DNA from: a virus
Reading direction: 5' to 3' (one strand)
IMG/VR virus record: IMGVR_UViG_3300044742_000232
Coordinates: 1-64,000 of that record
Length of the DNA stretch: 64,000 nt
Of this stretch, positions 47,575 through 58,489 are shown piece by piece (the stretch's first letter is position 1; every line of letters starts with the position of its first letter). Made by a program: the position numbers and the translations under genes. The notes beneath the pieces are model-generated. The model did not search any database, was not told the DNA's origin, and saw only the letters and a list, made by a program, of their open reading frames with translations.

Positions 47575-48047
47575 TTTGGTTTACCTTCTCCCGGAATTTT
47601 TGCCAGCAGGGAAGATGCCAGTAACCATTTGCTACTGGTATCACTCCCTTTCCTTTACCGCAGCCTTTACAGATTCTAGGGCGCGGTTTTGTTTTCATTT
47701 TTTAGTACCTCAACTAAGGCTTCAAGAGCCCTTGTTATGTTACCTGCATCATCTGCCCTATGCAATGATGTTTTCCGATAACCAACAAGATCGCTTTGAA
47801 TTTGTAAAGCGTAATTGTATAGGGTGTATCCTTCTGCTTTCTGGAGGATTCTTTTCCAATCATCTTTTGATCTCATTTGCGGCCCATCCTACAACAGCTA
47901 AGGTGTTCTGTTCATCACACATACAGACACAGTACGTTGTTCAGAACAAGTAATGTTTTCGTGATCAGAAGTAACATAAACGTGATTTCCGGAAGTCTGT
48001 TGAACATGGTAGTCTGAAAAAGTCACAAACGAGATAGGAAGTGTGTC

Positions 48048-49039
48048 ATGACCTTGTATGTTCCGACCGTGCATCTCAATGGCACATCCAAGGAAGCTCT
48101 TATTGAGCAACAAACAGAGATTCATAATGCGGCAATGATTCTTTTGAAGAAACTCGCTGATGCTACGCCGCACGACAGGGATTATTACGTGCAGAAAAAT
48201 CCAAAGGCTGGAGCGGAAGCAAGAAAGGCTCACAGTGAATGGATGACTATTGTGAGGGATATTATAACTCAAAGTGAAGCCCGCGCAATCGCCATTCAAG
48301 AGCAACCCGCGCAATTGCCATTCAAGAGCAAGGAGAATGAGTGATGAAATGGGTAATGCTGCATCCGAAAGCAACGTTAGCTCACTTGGGATTTATACCG
48401 AGTTTTCTAGATGAGAATGATCCGCGTCGTGCAGTTGAGCAGTTGCATGAAAACTATCAACATGGTGGCGGTTGGATACCTTTAGATGGGTTCAAGCTCA
48501 TAAGAAGTATCGTTCTAAGGTATCCAGGTGATCCGCCTCTAACACCGTTGGCGGCAACTCATCTTCGCCAAGAGCTTATTGTCGTCTATGATAATGCCGT
48601 TGTTGCGGTCTTTCAACCCGACCGTAGCTTTGTAGCAGCGATCATGGACTAAAAGGAGAGCACAGATGAAACGCCGCCAAATCCGAGTTGATGGACTGGA
48701 CCCCAATGGTATCCGGCGCGTGTTTGGTTATGCCGATATGGAAGAGGATGCACGTCGCGAGGCCATGTTTGCTGCCGCCGAGTATGTAGAGCGTCGGCCG
48801 GATACAAAGCCTCTGGAGAAGTGGAATTTTGTTCCGGGAAGAGGAAGGTGAAGAAAAACACACATGTCTTTCGAGTTTGTGCTGTCTGTGGTTTGCGCCA
48901 TGGTGTTACCTATGGGTTTCGCAGCACATTAACTCGTCTTGGCATTCCAGGTGACAAGGCTGTGAAAGAATGTGTTATCAAAGCTGCCGCTGAACGTGAT
49001 CCAAAGATACGCGCGAAGAAAAAGGAGGTGAAAGGATGA
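48048..49039 (+). other. Run of small plus-strand hypothetical CDS (48048-48344, 48341-48652, 48666-48851 and a small gene ending at 49039)
   Basis: Overlapping stop/start codons with strong RBSs (AGGAG). Confidence 0.6.
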
Positions 49040-49761
49040 GACAGTTTCCTCTTGAGTGGCCGGAAGGCTTTGCGCGCAAGAAACCTCATGAGCGCCGCAA
49101 GCACAAGTTCCAAACGAAGCTCTACAGGGTTGTTCCTGAGTTCAGAGACTACTTGACTTCAATTGGTTGCACTGATCTGGAAATCAGCTGCAACATTCGC
49201 CAGCCGTTTGGTGAACTGGAGGCGGAACAGGATGACTTTGTAGCCGGACTGATCAATAACTATCTCCAGGAGCATCTGACGGGCAAAATCTATATCCGCA
49301 ACTTTGAGAAATGGATTGCGGATATCACGGAGAAACATAAAGACCGTTATTTGTCTGTTGATCCGGGAGTCGTGGTCCGTTACAAGCGCACGACAAGAAA
49401 GAATGGGCTCTTAGTGAAACGGGATATTGTTTTACCCTGTGACAAATGGCTAAGGGTTAGGGATAATCTGAAAGCCATTCTCGGAACTATCAAACACCTG
49501 GAGAAGATATCCGACTGGGGCGTGCCTGACATCCAGGAGCGCACCTATGAAGCTATCGCCGTGCCTGCCCTACCGGCGCCTCCGTCCTGCTGGGCGATCC
49601 TGGGCATCCCACGAGGCGCTACAGAGGTGGAAATCAACAATGCGTGGCGAGCCAAGGCCAAACAAGTTCACTCTGACGCTAACCCTCTGGTCGGACAGGA
49701 AGCCATGAAAGAAGTGAACGCCGCTCGGGATAAAGCGCTGGAAGAAGTTCGCGCGTTGTGA
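49036..49761 (+). CDS. Protein with C-terminal DnaJ J-domain (HSD instead of HPD)
   Basis: PLEWPEG N-terminus; WAILGI...EINNAWR.KAKQVHSD...M.EVNAA. Confidence 0.8.
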   Translation: MRQFPLEWPEGFARKKPHERRKHKFQTKLYRVVPEFRDYLTSIGCTDLEISCNIRQPFGELEAEQDDFVAGLINNYLQEHLTGKIYIRNFEKWIADITEKHKDRYLSVDPGVVVRYKRTTRKNGLLVKRDIVLPCDKWLRVRDNLKAILGTIKHLEKISDWGVPDIQERTYEAIAVPALPAPPSCWAILGIPRGATEVEINNAWRAKAKQVHSDANPLVGQEAMKEVNAARDKALEEVRAL

Positions 49762-49773
49762 TAGAAAGAAAGG

Positions 49774-51664
49774 GTGTATGCCAGGGTTGAAGCCGTTTTG
49801 GTCTGGCCGACCGACCTTGGCATACACATAAAAGGAGAAAGAATGCCGCGCGTTATCAGATACAATAAAAGGTACGCTGAAGAAATGGCAGCGTCGGCTA
49901 GTCCTGAACTGGTGCTGAAGTTTGTCATTCCAATGCCTATTTCAGCTTACCAGGAAATGGCACGACAGGCCCGCGCAAAGAACATCTCTATCGCGGAGTA
50001 TGCAACGTCAATTCTTTCTAACACCATCCAAGTGAGACAAAAAAATGTCACAAAGCATTCCAAATAACATGCTGCCTGAAGCATGCGCTACTCATCATCC
50101 GGTAAGTGGCAAGGCAATCATGATCATTCGCGAGATGCAAGGCTACTTCGGTCTTCCTAATGTGTTTCCTGTGGCTGAGTTCAATGACAAGATGAAAGCC
50201 ACGGATGAAGTCAAGAAAACAATGCTGCGCCGTTCTATGTTTGGATGGGACAAAGAATAACCAATGGGACATCTCTTATATCAAATCCTAAAAGATATTG
50301 ATGATTATTATAGCATCCTGGATTGGGTTTTGTCACTCGATCTTGCTACGATTTTTTTGATCATTGTTTTGGTCAATTTAGCAGGCGCACTTTTTTACGT
50401 CGGTCGAACAATACATAAGGAGTTTTTATGATCCGCATAGCAAACATGTCGGGGTCTCCCAAGTATTTTCATTGGACTTTTGTTGATGCTTCCAAGTTCA
50501 AAAGTATTGAGAAATATATCAAAGATGAAGAATGGGTTTGGGATTGTCAAAATGGCGACGAATGCACAACTTTTTGGGTGATAATAATGAATGATGATAC
50601 TCCTAAGTTTTATAGATCAAAGCATAGCTGGGAATGGGAACGCTATGGACAAGAGGACTCGCATCTGGTAAACATCTTTGACATCATGGAAGTTGGAAGG
50701 GATGATGTGGTAGGATCAGCACGAGAAAACTTGAGGTTTGTGATATGAGTGAAAGACATATTGTTTATCGTGATCGCGTCCAAGAATATTGGATGAACGA
50801 CAAAGATAATAAACATGATACCGCTTTGGTGATTGTCGGGGATCATGTTGAGCCGCCTATCAGTGCTATGGATCAGGTGAAGGTTGTCACTCTGAAGGAT
50901 GGTTCTGAAAGTGTCAAATGCTATCTGGTGGACGTTCTAGAGGACTTAGAGAAGAGTTCCCTGTTGCATTGGACGTTTCAATCTAAAGACAAGGAGGAAA
51001 CGGTAGTTGTTTTGACTCTGCGTCATCACTAAACCAACAACGGGAGTTAGAAATTATGGCTGATCGTGGTGTAAGGCTCGCGCGCATCTTACAAGAAACA
51101 CTTAATGAATGTGTCAGCCATCCAGATAAACGTATTTCTCAGATTTGTGGGCTTCGGCTTTGGTGCTTTCTGTTTGTGCCATCTCTTTTTCTCTGACGGT
51201 TTCGCATGTTTATGGGCCACCGAAACCAATTTTGTCAGCAGAACAAATGCAATGAACCTTCTGGAGAAAACAGTAGTAAAAGATCGCATTCCTTTGGGAC
51301 ACTGAAACTAACTATGGCAAACAATTTACCGAAAAATTTCAAGTTCTCCAGCAAGTTGTTTCTGGAGTGGCGACCTGGATCATTTGAAGAGTTCCCCGAT
51401 GGTGTAAAAGAGGAGCTAGATGATATTGAAAAGTTTGATACCCGATGGAAAGCATTTTATCGTGTTTTTAGACATTACCAAGAAAACGAAGATTATCTAG
51501 TTGATGTTGATGAAATTATCGTGGCAATGAAGAAGCAAGGTTATAGTGCCTATGCTACAATGATGTTTCTGAAACGATTGCGCCGGTTGAACTTGGTGCG
51601 GTTCACGTTTGACGATGAAGCTTTGATGGGGAAGTTGGAGCGAATCAGCTGGCTTCTGAACTGA
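49774..51664 (+). other. Run of small plus-strand hypothetical CDS (49774-50067, 50045-50260, 50428-50748, 50745-51032, 51206-51664)
   Basis: ORF track; co-oriented with RBSs. Confidence 0.55.
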
Positions 51665-51674
51665 GGGTAGAAAA

Positions 51675-52175
51675 ATGGAAGAAACTCTTGAGAATCGCGC
51701 AAAAGAACTTGCAATTCGTGCGCATGGCAATCAGAAACGTAAATACACTGGAGAACCTTATACTGTTCATCTAACCGAAGTTGTAGAAATTATCAAAACC
51801 ATTCCTCACACAAAGGAGATGGTTGCAGCTGCTTGGTTGCATGACACTTTGGAAGATACCGATTTGACATTGAAAGAGCTTGCGGATGAATGTGGTATCA
51901 TCGTAGCAGGGATGGTGAACGCGCTAACCGATTGTTCTAAATCAAATGGAAATCGTAAGAGGAGAAAAGAAATAGATCGTCAGCGCCTTTCTGTATCGTT
52001 ACCGGAAGTCCAAAGTATCAAGCTTGCAGATATTATTTCCAATGCGAGTTCAATTGAAGAACATGATCCAGACTTCGCTGTTGTTTGGTTGAGAGAAAAG
52101 GCACTCATGCTGGAAGTTTTAACTAAGGGCGATAAGACACTAATGGAAAGAGCTAGAAAAGAAGTAGGAAAGTAA
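51675..52175 (+). CDS. HD-domain hydrolase, RelA/SpoT small alarmone hydrolase (Mesh1-like)
   Basis: AH..Q.RKYTGEPY..H, AAWLHDTLEDT, V..LTD, IKLAD..SN. Confidence 0.88.
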   Translation: MEETLENRAKELAIRAHGNQKRKYTGEPYTVHLTEVVEIIKTIPHTKEMVAAAWLHDTLEDTDLTLKELADECGIIVAGMVNALTDCSKSNGNRKRRKEIDRQRLSVSLPEVQSIKLADIISNASSIEEHDPDFAVVWLREKALMLEVLTKGDKTLMERARKEVGK

Positions 52176-52176
52176 G

Positions 52177-52551
52177 ATGATGCGCATCCCATCACAGAAA
52201 GAAGTAGATGAGTTTCGTCATTGGATTAAAATGCATGATGAAGGCGAAAGATTTATAAAAGAACTTATAGCACGTTATGATACATTATTTAATGATCACG
52301 TTCAAGACTTTAAAAGACTTGAAACTAAAGATATGACTCCTGATTTAGACCCGAATGAACAACATATTCGGAGTATCCTTGCTGAAACTGTTCATACAGC
52401 TTTTAGAAAAGGGTGCGATGGCGGCGGTTCGTTTCAAGTGTGGACGGCTATTAGGAACATGGATAATGATCAATGGGGTAATGCAATTGAGTGGATGATT
52501 TATTGTTTGGATGTATCTGGATATGAAATTAAACAGAAGAAAAAGAAGTGA
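52177..52551 (+). CDS. hypothetical protein
   Basis: In the gene run. Confidence 0.55.
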   Translation: MMRIPSQKEVDEFRHWIKMHDEGERFIKELIARYDTLFNDHVQDFKRLETKDMTPDLDPNEQHIRSILAETVHTAFRKGCDGGGSFQVWTAIRNMDNDQWGNAIEWMIYCLDVSGYEIKQKKKK

Positions 52552-52775
52552 AACGTTATTTTCTCACTATTTTGTTAGGCTTAGCAGTGGGATTGTATTT
52601 TGGGATGAACAAATACTGTCATTCTCTTGCTTACAGTAATATGTATCGCCCCTATAATCTACATCGTCCGCCGCAGGGATTGGAGTATCGGTTTGATGTG
52701 GACCTGGAAACGAGATGGCACCTGCTCCATGGGTGTCAGGCAAGAATGACAGGCGAGTATGTGAAGATTAACTAG
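52548..52775 (+). CDS. small membrane protein
   Basis: N-terminal hydrophobic segment. Confidence 0.5.
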   Translation: MKRYFLTILLGLAVGLYFGMNKYCHSLAYSNMYRPYNLHRPPQGLEYRFDVDLETRWHLLHGCQARMTGEYVKIN

Positions 52776-53290
52776 AAAGCGTTGATGCGGAAGTTATTAT
52801 AAACGAATGTGGCTTCGGAAGTGATGAAAGAAACATCGGGTGCTGTGCTTTCAAAAACCATCTGAGAAAGTGAGATTGGAAAGGCATCAATTAGCAAGCA
52901 CTCAAACTTTGGAATCTTTGTTGAGTCTAGAATCATAATTGAAATATCTGATTTGATACCATGTCCTGAAGCTTTGGGCTGGTTTTTTATTTCTCTATAT
53001 TCGCTCCAGTCTTCGGGGAATCCTAGTTGCCGTATCCAGTTGTAAATTTCAAGATAGTTCTGCAACACTTCGTCCACCTTGAATGTAACAACAAGCTGGT
53101 CAAAAATAATGTGATCGCCAGCATGAGGGATAACAACAAATGGATTTTCATAGGCAGCTGGATTTAGTGTCATCGCTGGCACATTAACTTTCTGCGCGAA
53201 GAAGTTTATAGATGGACATTTTTTGATGCTGAAAATAAAGTTCAGCGGGCTTAGAAAGTTTGGCGAAAGCGGTTGTGTATCTAAAATCAT
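52772..53290 (-). CDS. 3: Tail completion / sheath stabilizer gp3-like protein
   Basis: NFLSP..F.F...P...FF.Q.V.VP, GD...F..L...F.VDE...NY.EIY.W, FP.SLS; start MILD; late promoter upstream. Confidence 0.85.
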   Translation of the reverse strand: MILDTQPLSPNFLSPLNFIFSIKKCPSINFFAQKVNVPAMTLNPAAYENPFVVIPHAGDHIIFDQLVVTFKVDEVLQNYLEIYNWIRQLGFPEDWSEYREIKNQPKASGHGIKSDISIMILDSTKIPKFECLLIDAFPISLSQMVFESTAPDVSFITSEATFVYNNFRINAF

Positions 53291-53308
53291 GAACAATGAA
53301 ATCCTCTG

Positions 53309-53337
53309 TTGACAGGAAGTGCTGAATCCTGTATTAC
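53309..53337 (+). promoter_or_regulatory. Sigma70-type promoter
   Basis: TTGACA-17 nt-TATTAC. Confidence 0.6.
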
Positions 53338-53344
53338 TATTTAG
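53338..53344 (-). promoter_or_regulatory. Late promoter CTAAATA (gene 3)
   Basis: Same motif precedes genes 22 and 23 and other virion genes. Confidence 0.7.
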
Positions 53345-53386
53345 TAAGCTGAGCCTACCAAAAACCGAGAAGGGGAAACAAAGGAA

Positions 53387-54837
53387 ATGGCAGCAGCACC
53401 AAAAACAAACCAAGTCATAACAGCATTTGAAGCCATTGAAATTGTCCAAGAACAACTGGATTACGTTATTCTGAGGCTTGCTAGTATGCGCGATGAGGCT
53501 TGTTTGAAAAGGGTTGAAAGCTCCCATCTCACGATCAAAAATCTCCTACAAGACCTGAGAGAAGCTGGAAGATGAATATATTTTGGAAGAAGATTCATAA
53601 GGTGAAGATTGATTTTACTCCCCAAGAAGGAATCACTCCTCTTCTCGTGGCCAAAATTATGAAATGGTGGGTAACTTGTAACATTTGGAATGGAGCCATG
53701 TTTGATGTTGCTTCTTATAGTCATCTTATAGAAGAGATTCCCAATGAGCAGTTCCCTCATTTGACATTTTATGATGTGGAATATGATGAGCATAGGGTAA
53801 TTTTCAGGCGACGTAACTATAAACAAACAGAATGGAAGCCAAGGTAAAAACGATGCCCTTCAATCATCCAGTTCCGTCTTTGAAGTATGTTACATTTCTC
53901 GATGCTTTTGAGGAAATGGTTACTCAGAAGCAAAAAGAAATCAATGACATGAGAGAAATGGAACAGGTCTATAGTATCTGTTCCAACGCTCTCAACTTTT
54001 CGGAAATCAGTGTTCCCGTAAAAGTTATTTGGGGTCCAGGTTGGATTCGGATGCAATCTAATCTTACCAAAGAGACTTGCATTGATACATATAAATTTCT
54101 TCGGGAAATCATAACTACACGATTATTTGAAGCTGGACTTATTGGTTCAGATAAGATTCCTGAAGCACGTTTTGCAACTTATCTAATCTTTTTCACTTGG
54201 CGCATCGAGAGAAAAGGAAAGATGCGCCCAGTGGAAGTTGATTTGCGTCTAGAGATTCCTTATGCATATCGTGATAAAGTAGGCGCTTCAAAATATATTG
54301 ATATAACAACTCGGGAAGAAACTAATAGATATACGATTCCAAGGTTTCGCTGCACAGAACCAGGATATGAGCATGAGTGGGAATAACACAGCTATCTTTG
54401 AGATTACGTCTGACATAGCAGAATTTTTTTCTGTTATGACTGTGTTATTAGCAAAATTTATACATATAGAACATTTGATTGAAGACCATCCTAATGCAAA
54501 TTTATTGATTTCTGGAGAAAGAGCTTTATTACTTCATAACAAACTTACGCATGCTTGGAAACAATATAATAAAATAATATGTCACAAAGATAAAGATGCT
54601 TATGATCTTATCCGTCATCTTCATAAAAAAGTGAAGGAGATAAATTCTGTTATTTCATTAGCTCAAGTAACTTATAGACCAATAACAAAAAATACATCCA
54701 TTATAAAAATACGACTCAAAATAAGATTTATTCATCAGCTACAAAAATTGGTAGGAGAAGTGCCTGATTTTGAGAGTATTGAAAAAGAAGTTATGGATTA
54801 TATGGATTCTTTGGCACGAATGACTCGCACGCCTTAG
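53387..54837 (+). other. Four hypothetical CDS (53387-53575, 53572-53847, 53832-54386, 54367-54837)
   Basis: Overlapping co-oriented ORFs behind a promoter. Confidence 0.6.
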
Positions 54838-56333
54838 GACCAAGTAATATAAATGGCGCCATTACCTCCAGGCTGGCCGCCACCGTTGCCCTGGCCTCTT
54901 GCGCCAACAACAATGGTTACGTTTCCACTTGGACCGCTACCACCAAGATAACGGATTTTTGCATAACCTCCAGAACCCCCAGAACCACCAGTTACTAGAA
55001 TAGGCTCAAACTCAGTTCCTAAGTTTGCAAAATGTCCCCCGCCGCCGCCTCCAGGTTCAGAACCTTCCCGAGTTATTGGACCACCAGCACCACCAGAAGC
55101 AGGTGCATTTCCTCCGACACCTAAAACGGTGCCTGTATATCCGACGATATTTACATCACCGCCTGAAGCATTTCCGCCGAGTCCATTTACACCATCTCCA
55201 TCATCAGTTCCCCCGGTGCCTTTTTTTCCACCTCTTGCAAAGATAGCGTTATTGAAAGAAGAATTACCTCCATCTTGGCCATCGTTTTGCGTAGCGGCGG
55301 AATCACCACCTCCTCCACCCCCGCCCCAAAGCTCAATTTGTAAAACCTTGTAATTGGTTGGAATACGGAATGTATAAGTCCCTGGAGTCGTATAGCGTCC
55401 ATCTGCAACTTCAGGCGTTATGGCTGTTATGCTGACATTTGCAACATGGAGATAATTACTCCATCCAGCAAATACTTTCATTGTTGTTCCATTCTCCATC
55501 CCAATCGGATAAAGCTTTGTTGTTTGAGATTGGTTAGCAATATAGAGTTTTGGATTGACAACAAATCCAGCATTAGTATCTAGAGTGATATTGGTGTTTG
55601 CAAGAATGATACCTAGATTAACTGTGAGGACAGCGGATGTTTTAGCATCTGTATAAACTTCGTTAGCATCAACACTTAGATTGATAGTTGGAAGATAATC
55701 AACTATTGTTTGATAAGAATTAGATACAGTATTTAGAGGAATATTAGAAACATAGCCATAAGTGGGATGACCATGCACCATAATAAGACAGTTTGATAAA
55801 GCAAGAGCGGAAAGGTTAGCAACAACTTGGAGAACAACAGATTGATTATACTGGGAAGCTTCTTCTGGATTGGTGTTGGCTTTGTCAAAAACAAACTTAT
55901 CGGGTAGGCTAATCTTTCCAGGATGCGCGCTGTTGATCTGCCAAAACTGGAGTTCCCGAGTGTTGACTAAAGACACACTTTCGGCTGGATTGAAAGTGAA
56001 GATCAAACTTTCCGAAAGAGAAAACAGGGAGTTGGAAGCTGGAGAGCCGAAGTGTTTGCCCTGGAAATATTTTAGATTATCAAAGCTTCTGTTGAACGTA
56101 TTCGCGAAAACTGTTGCCTTCAGAGTGTCTATCTGAAAGAATTGAGCCGCATCATAATCAGAAAAGAAGTCTTGAGCAAAGCCGCAATTGAAGTTATGAT
56201 AAAGAGAATTTTCAACTTCTTGGGCGAGCTTGTTGAAACCGATAACATAGATTTTATTATGAGGAGTGTCTATGTAAATCCAGGGACACGTTTCTACAGC
56301 AAGATCGTTTACAATATGAAAATTATTTGCCAA
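54834..56333 (-). CDS. Virion protein with C-terminal glycine-rich domain (fibre/decoration-like)
   Basis: YTTPGTYTF.IP...IELWGGGGGGG...G.G..G.IYITW; late promoter upstream. Confidence 0.75.
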   Translation of the reverse strand: MANNFHIVNDLAVETCPWIYIDTPHNKIYVIGFNKLAQEVENSLYHNFNCGFAQDFFSDYDAAQFFQIDTLKATVFANTFNRSFDNLKYFQGKHFGSPASNSLFSLSESLIFTFNPAESVSLVNTRELQFWQINSAHPGKISLPDKFVFDKANTNPEEASQYNQSVVLQVVANLSALALSNCLIMVHGHPTYGYVSNIPLNTVSNSYQTIVDYLPTINLSVDANEVYTDAKTSAVLTVNLGIILANTNITLDTNAGFVVNPKLYIANQSQTTKLYPIGMENGTTMKVFAGWSNYLHVANVSITAITPEVADGRYTTPGTYTFRIPTNYKVLQIELWGGGGGGGDSAATQNDGQDGGNSSFNNAIFARGGKKGTGGTDDGDGVNGLGGNASGGDVNIVGYTGTVLGVGGNAPASGGAGGPITREGSEPGGGGGGHFANLGTEFEPILVTGGSGGSGGYAKIRYLGGSGPSGNVTIVVGARGQGNGGGQPGGNGAIYITWS

Positions 56334-56449
56334 ATATTATCCTGAGTTAGTGAGTATGAATACGCCTGCTATTGCTGCTAAAAGACCACATAAAAATCCA
56401 ATGATAAAAATAACTTCCATTGTTTTGATCCGTGTTTTTCTTGGTTTTG

Positions 56450-56456
56450 TATTTAG
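56450..56456 (-). promoter_or_regulatory. Late promoter CTAAATA
   Basis: Motif upstream of the Gly-rich virion gene. Confidence 0.6.
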
Positions 56457-56530
56457 ACGTGGGTTCCTCAACTAAAAATCACGAGGGAGGCGCTTTTTTA
56501 GTCCGTCACCCACAAACCGGAAAGGTTGTT

Positions 56531-57046
56531 TTAGAATTCTGTTCTTGATAGAGTTTGCTGTTGCAGTGAACCCATGGAACGATGCTTACAGCCCATCGCC
56601 ACACAATGCTCCTTCATACCGGCAGCAAGACTATACTTCTTTGCAAGATGCGTGTTGCTCTTGTCAATGAAGCATTTGCCATCCCGATTTCCAGATGTAT
56701 TCGTTGAAATATTTCCGCAGTCAAAAATCTCAGGCGACAGCGGAACACCTTTGCCTTCTACTGCCTGCGGAGGATACCAGAAGCCGGTAGTTCTGTCATA
56801 GTAGTAGGTATATGCGCCGTTGACTTTGACCTTGGCAACGATTTGAGTTTTTGCTGCCTTGGCGATTTGGTCTTCTACGATGCATTGCTTTTGATAGTTC
56901 TCGTTATTATTCAAGCCAGCAATAAGTTTAGAAAGATATTGATCGTGTTGAGTAGAGCGAACATTTGACGATTGTTGATGAATCAATAACTCCTCAACAA
57001 TTTTCTGCCAATCCTTTGGGAGCATTTTCTTTGAAGTGAAGACCAT
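56531..57046 (-). CDS. hypothetical protein
   Basis: GGAG RBS, own TTGACA promoter near 57120. Confidence 0.6.
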   Translation of the reverse strand: MVFTSKKMLPKDWQKIVEELLIHQQSSNVRSTQHDQYLSKLIAGLNNNENYQKQCIVEDQIAKAAKTQIVAKVKVNGAYTYYYDRTTGFWYPPQAVEGKGVPLSPEIFDCGNISTNTSGNRDGKCFIDKSNTHLAKKYSLAAGMKEHCVAMGCKHRSMGSLQQQTLSRTEF

Positions 57047-57208
57047 ATCTTTTCTCCGTTGTTGGGTGGGTAGGCTTTCTAAGATGGATGCTTTGTAACA
57101 TGACTATACTGTAATGTCAATTGGAAATATTGATGGGTATTAAAAAAAATGGCGGCCTGATAAAAGACCGCCGAGTTTGGGGCAAAACTTTGGGAGTTGT
57201 TTTCTCTC

Positions 57209-57472
57209 CTACTGTCCGGTGCCTCCAACGCGCCGATCTTGGAAGTCCCAGAACAGTACCGGGTTGCCGGAACTGTAGGGATCACGGACGGTGCGGACCT
57301 TGCCAGCCTTGGTGCCAGCACGGTTGATCCACATGTCATAGAAGCCCGGCCCTGGCGCGCTGGAAGAGCCCATGGACTTCTTGTTGTCCTTGGCCGTCTG
57401 CGCCTGAACGCCGCTGGAAACTGCAACCAAAGAGGCTGTAGCAACCAGCACGGCCATCACACTGATCTTCAT
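57209..57472 (-). CDS. Small secreted protein
   Basis: Signal peptide ending VQA-Q; GGAG RBS. Confidence 0.65.
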   Translation of the reverse strand: MKISVMAVLVATASLVAVSSGVQAQTAKDNKKSMGSSSAPGPGFYDMWINRAGTKAGKVRTVRDPYSSGNPVLFWDFQDRRVGGTGQ

Positions 57473-57521
57473 ACAATTTTCTCCATTGAGTTAGGGGCTT
57501 TCAATCTCGCCCATAAAAGTC

Positions 57522-57550
57522 AATATAAAGAATCGGGGAACGAAAGTCAA
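57522..57550 (-). promoter_or_regulatory. Sigma70-type promoter
   Basis: TTGACT-17 nt-TATATT. Confidence 0.65.
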
Positions 57551-57564
57551 GCGTTCACAAAAAG

Positions 57565-57593
57565 TTGACTGAGAAGTCTATGTATGATAAAAT
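57565..57593 (+). promoter_or_regulatory. Sigma70-type promoter, probably yielding a leaderless mRNA
   Basis: TTGACT-17 nt-TAAAAT; ATG begins 7 nt after the -10. Confidence 0.7.
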
Positions 57594-57599
57594 GTAAAA

Positions 57600-58436
57600 A
57601 TGGATATTGTTTACAGATTCTTGAATCTCAGTAGTGGAAAGAGCTACATTGGGCGAACGAATATGGGGCTTGAGCCGCGTTTTCGTGCTCATGTTTATGC
57701 TTGGCAGCGTTGTAAAAAGAGACGCATGTGCAAGCTGTATTGGGCCTTTCGCAAGTATGGAACAGAGTGCTGGAAGCTTGAGGTGTTGGAGGAGTGCGCC
57801 AGTCTAGAGGAATCCAAGATCAGGGAAATAGAGTTGATTGCGGAATATGATGCTATCAAGAGCGGATATAACATGCAAAAAGGTGGCGATAGTGGATTGG
57901 CGGGAATGAAGCTAAGGAAAGGGCATAAGAAGGCTATTTCATCTTCAAGGAAAATATGGTTTCAGACTGAGGATGGAGATAGATGGAAAGAGGAGTTACG
58001 AAAAAAAACTAAAGGAAATAAGTATGGCGCTTTGCGAAAAAATACAAATCTATCTGAGGAAACCAAAAGAAAAATTAGTGAAGGTAATCGCGGTAAGGAA
58101 AGAACAGATATACAACGTGAAGTATTTTCTGATGAAATGAAACGTAGATGGGATTCTGGTGTTTACGACAATAGACCAGCAATGTCTGAAGAAACAAAAA
58201 GAAAAATAGCAATATGGAATGTTGGTAAGAAAAATACTGAAAGACAGAAACGGGTTGCAACAGAAGTTAATCAAAAGAAATGGGAAATAACTTTTCCTGA
58301 TGGGCATACTGAAGTTGTTATAAATCTAAGAAAATGGTGTCTAGAGAATGGATTAGATCAAGGTAATTTATCGCGCACACATTCTGGTAATGGAAAATCA
58401 AAACATAAGGGGTATTGGGCAAGAAAATTGGAATAA
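57600..58436 (+). mobile_element. GIY-YIG homing endonuclease with NUMOD3 repeats (segD-like position)
   Basis: IVY...SGKSYIGRT, GYN..GG, repeated SEETKRKI; convergent with gene 23. Confidence 0.88.
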
Positions 58437-58460
58437 AAAAAGGGAGCCGCTAGCTCCCTA
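58435..58460 (-). terminator. Rho-independent terminator after gene 23
   Basis: AGGGAGC-TAGCG-GCTCCCT followed by a T-tract. Confidence 0.8.
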
Positions 58461-58489
58461 ATTTTATAAATACAATTACATAAGGTAGG

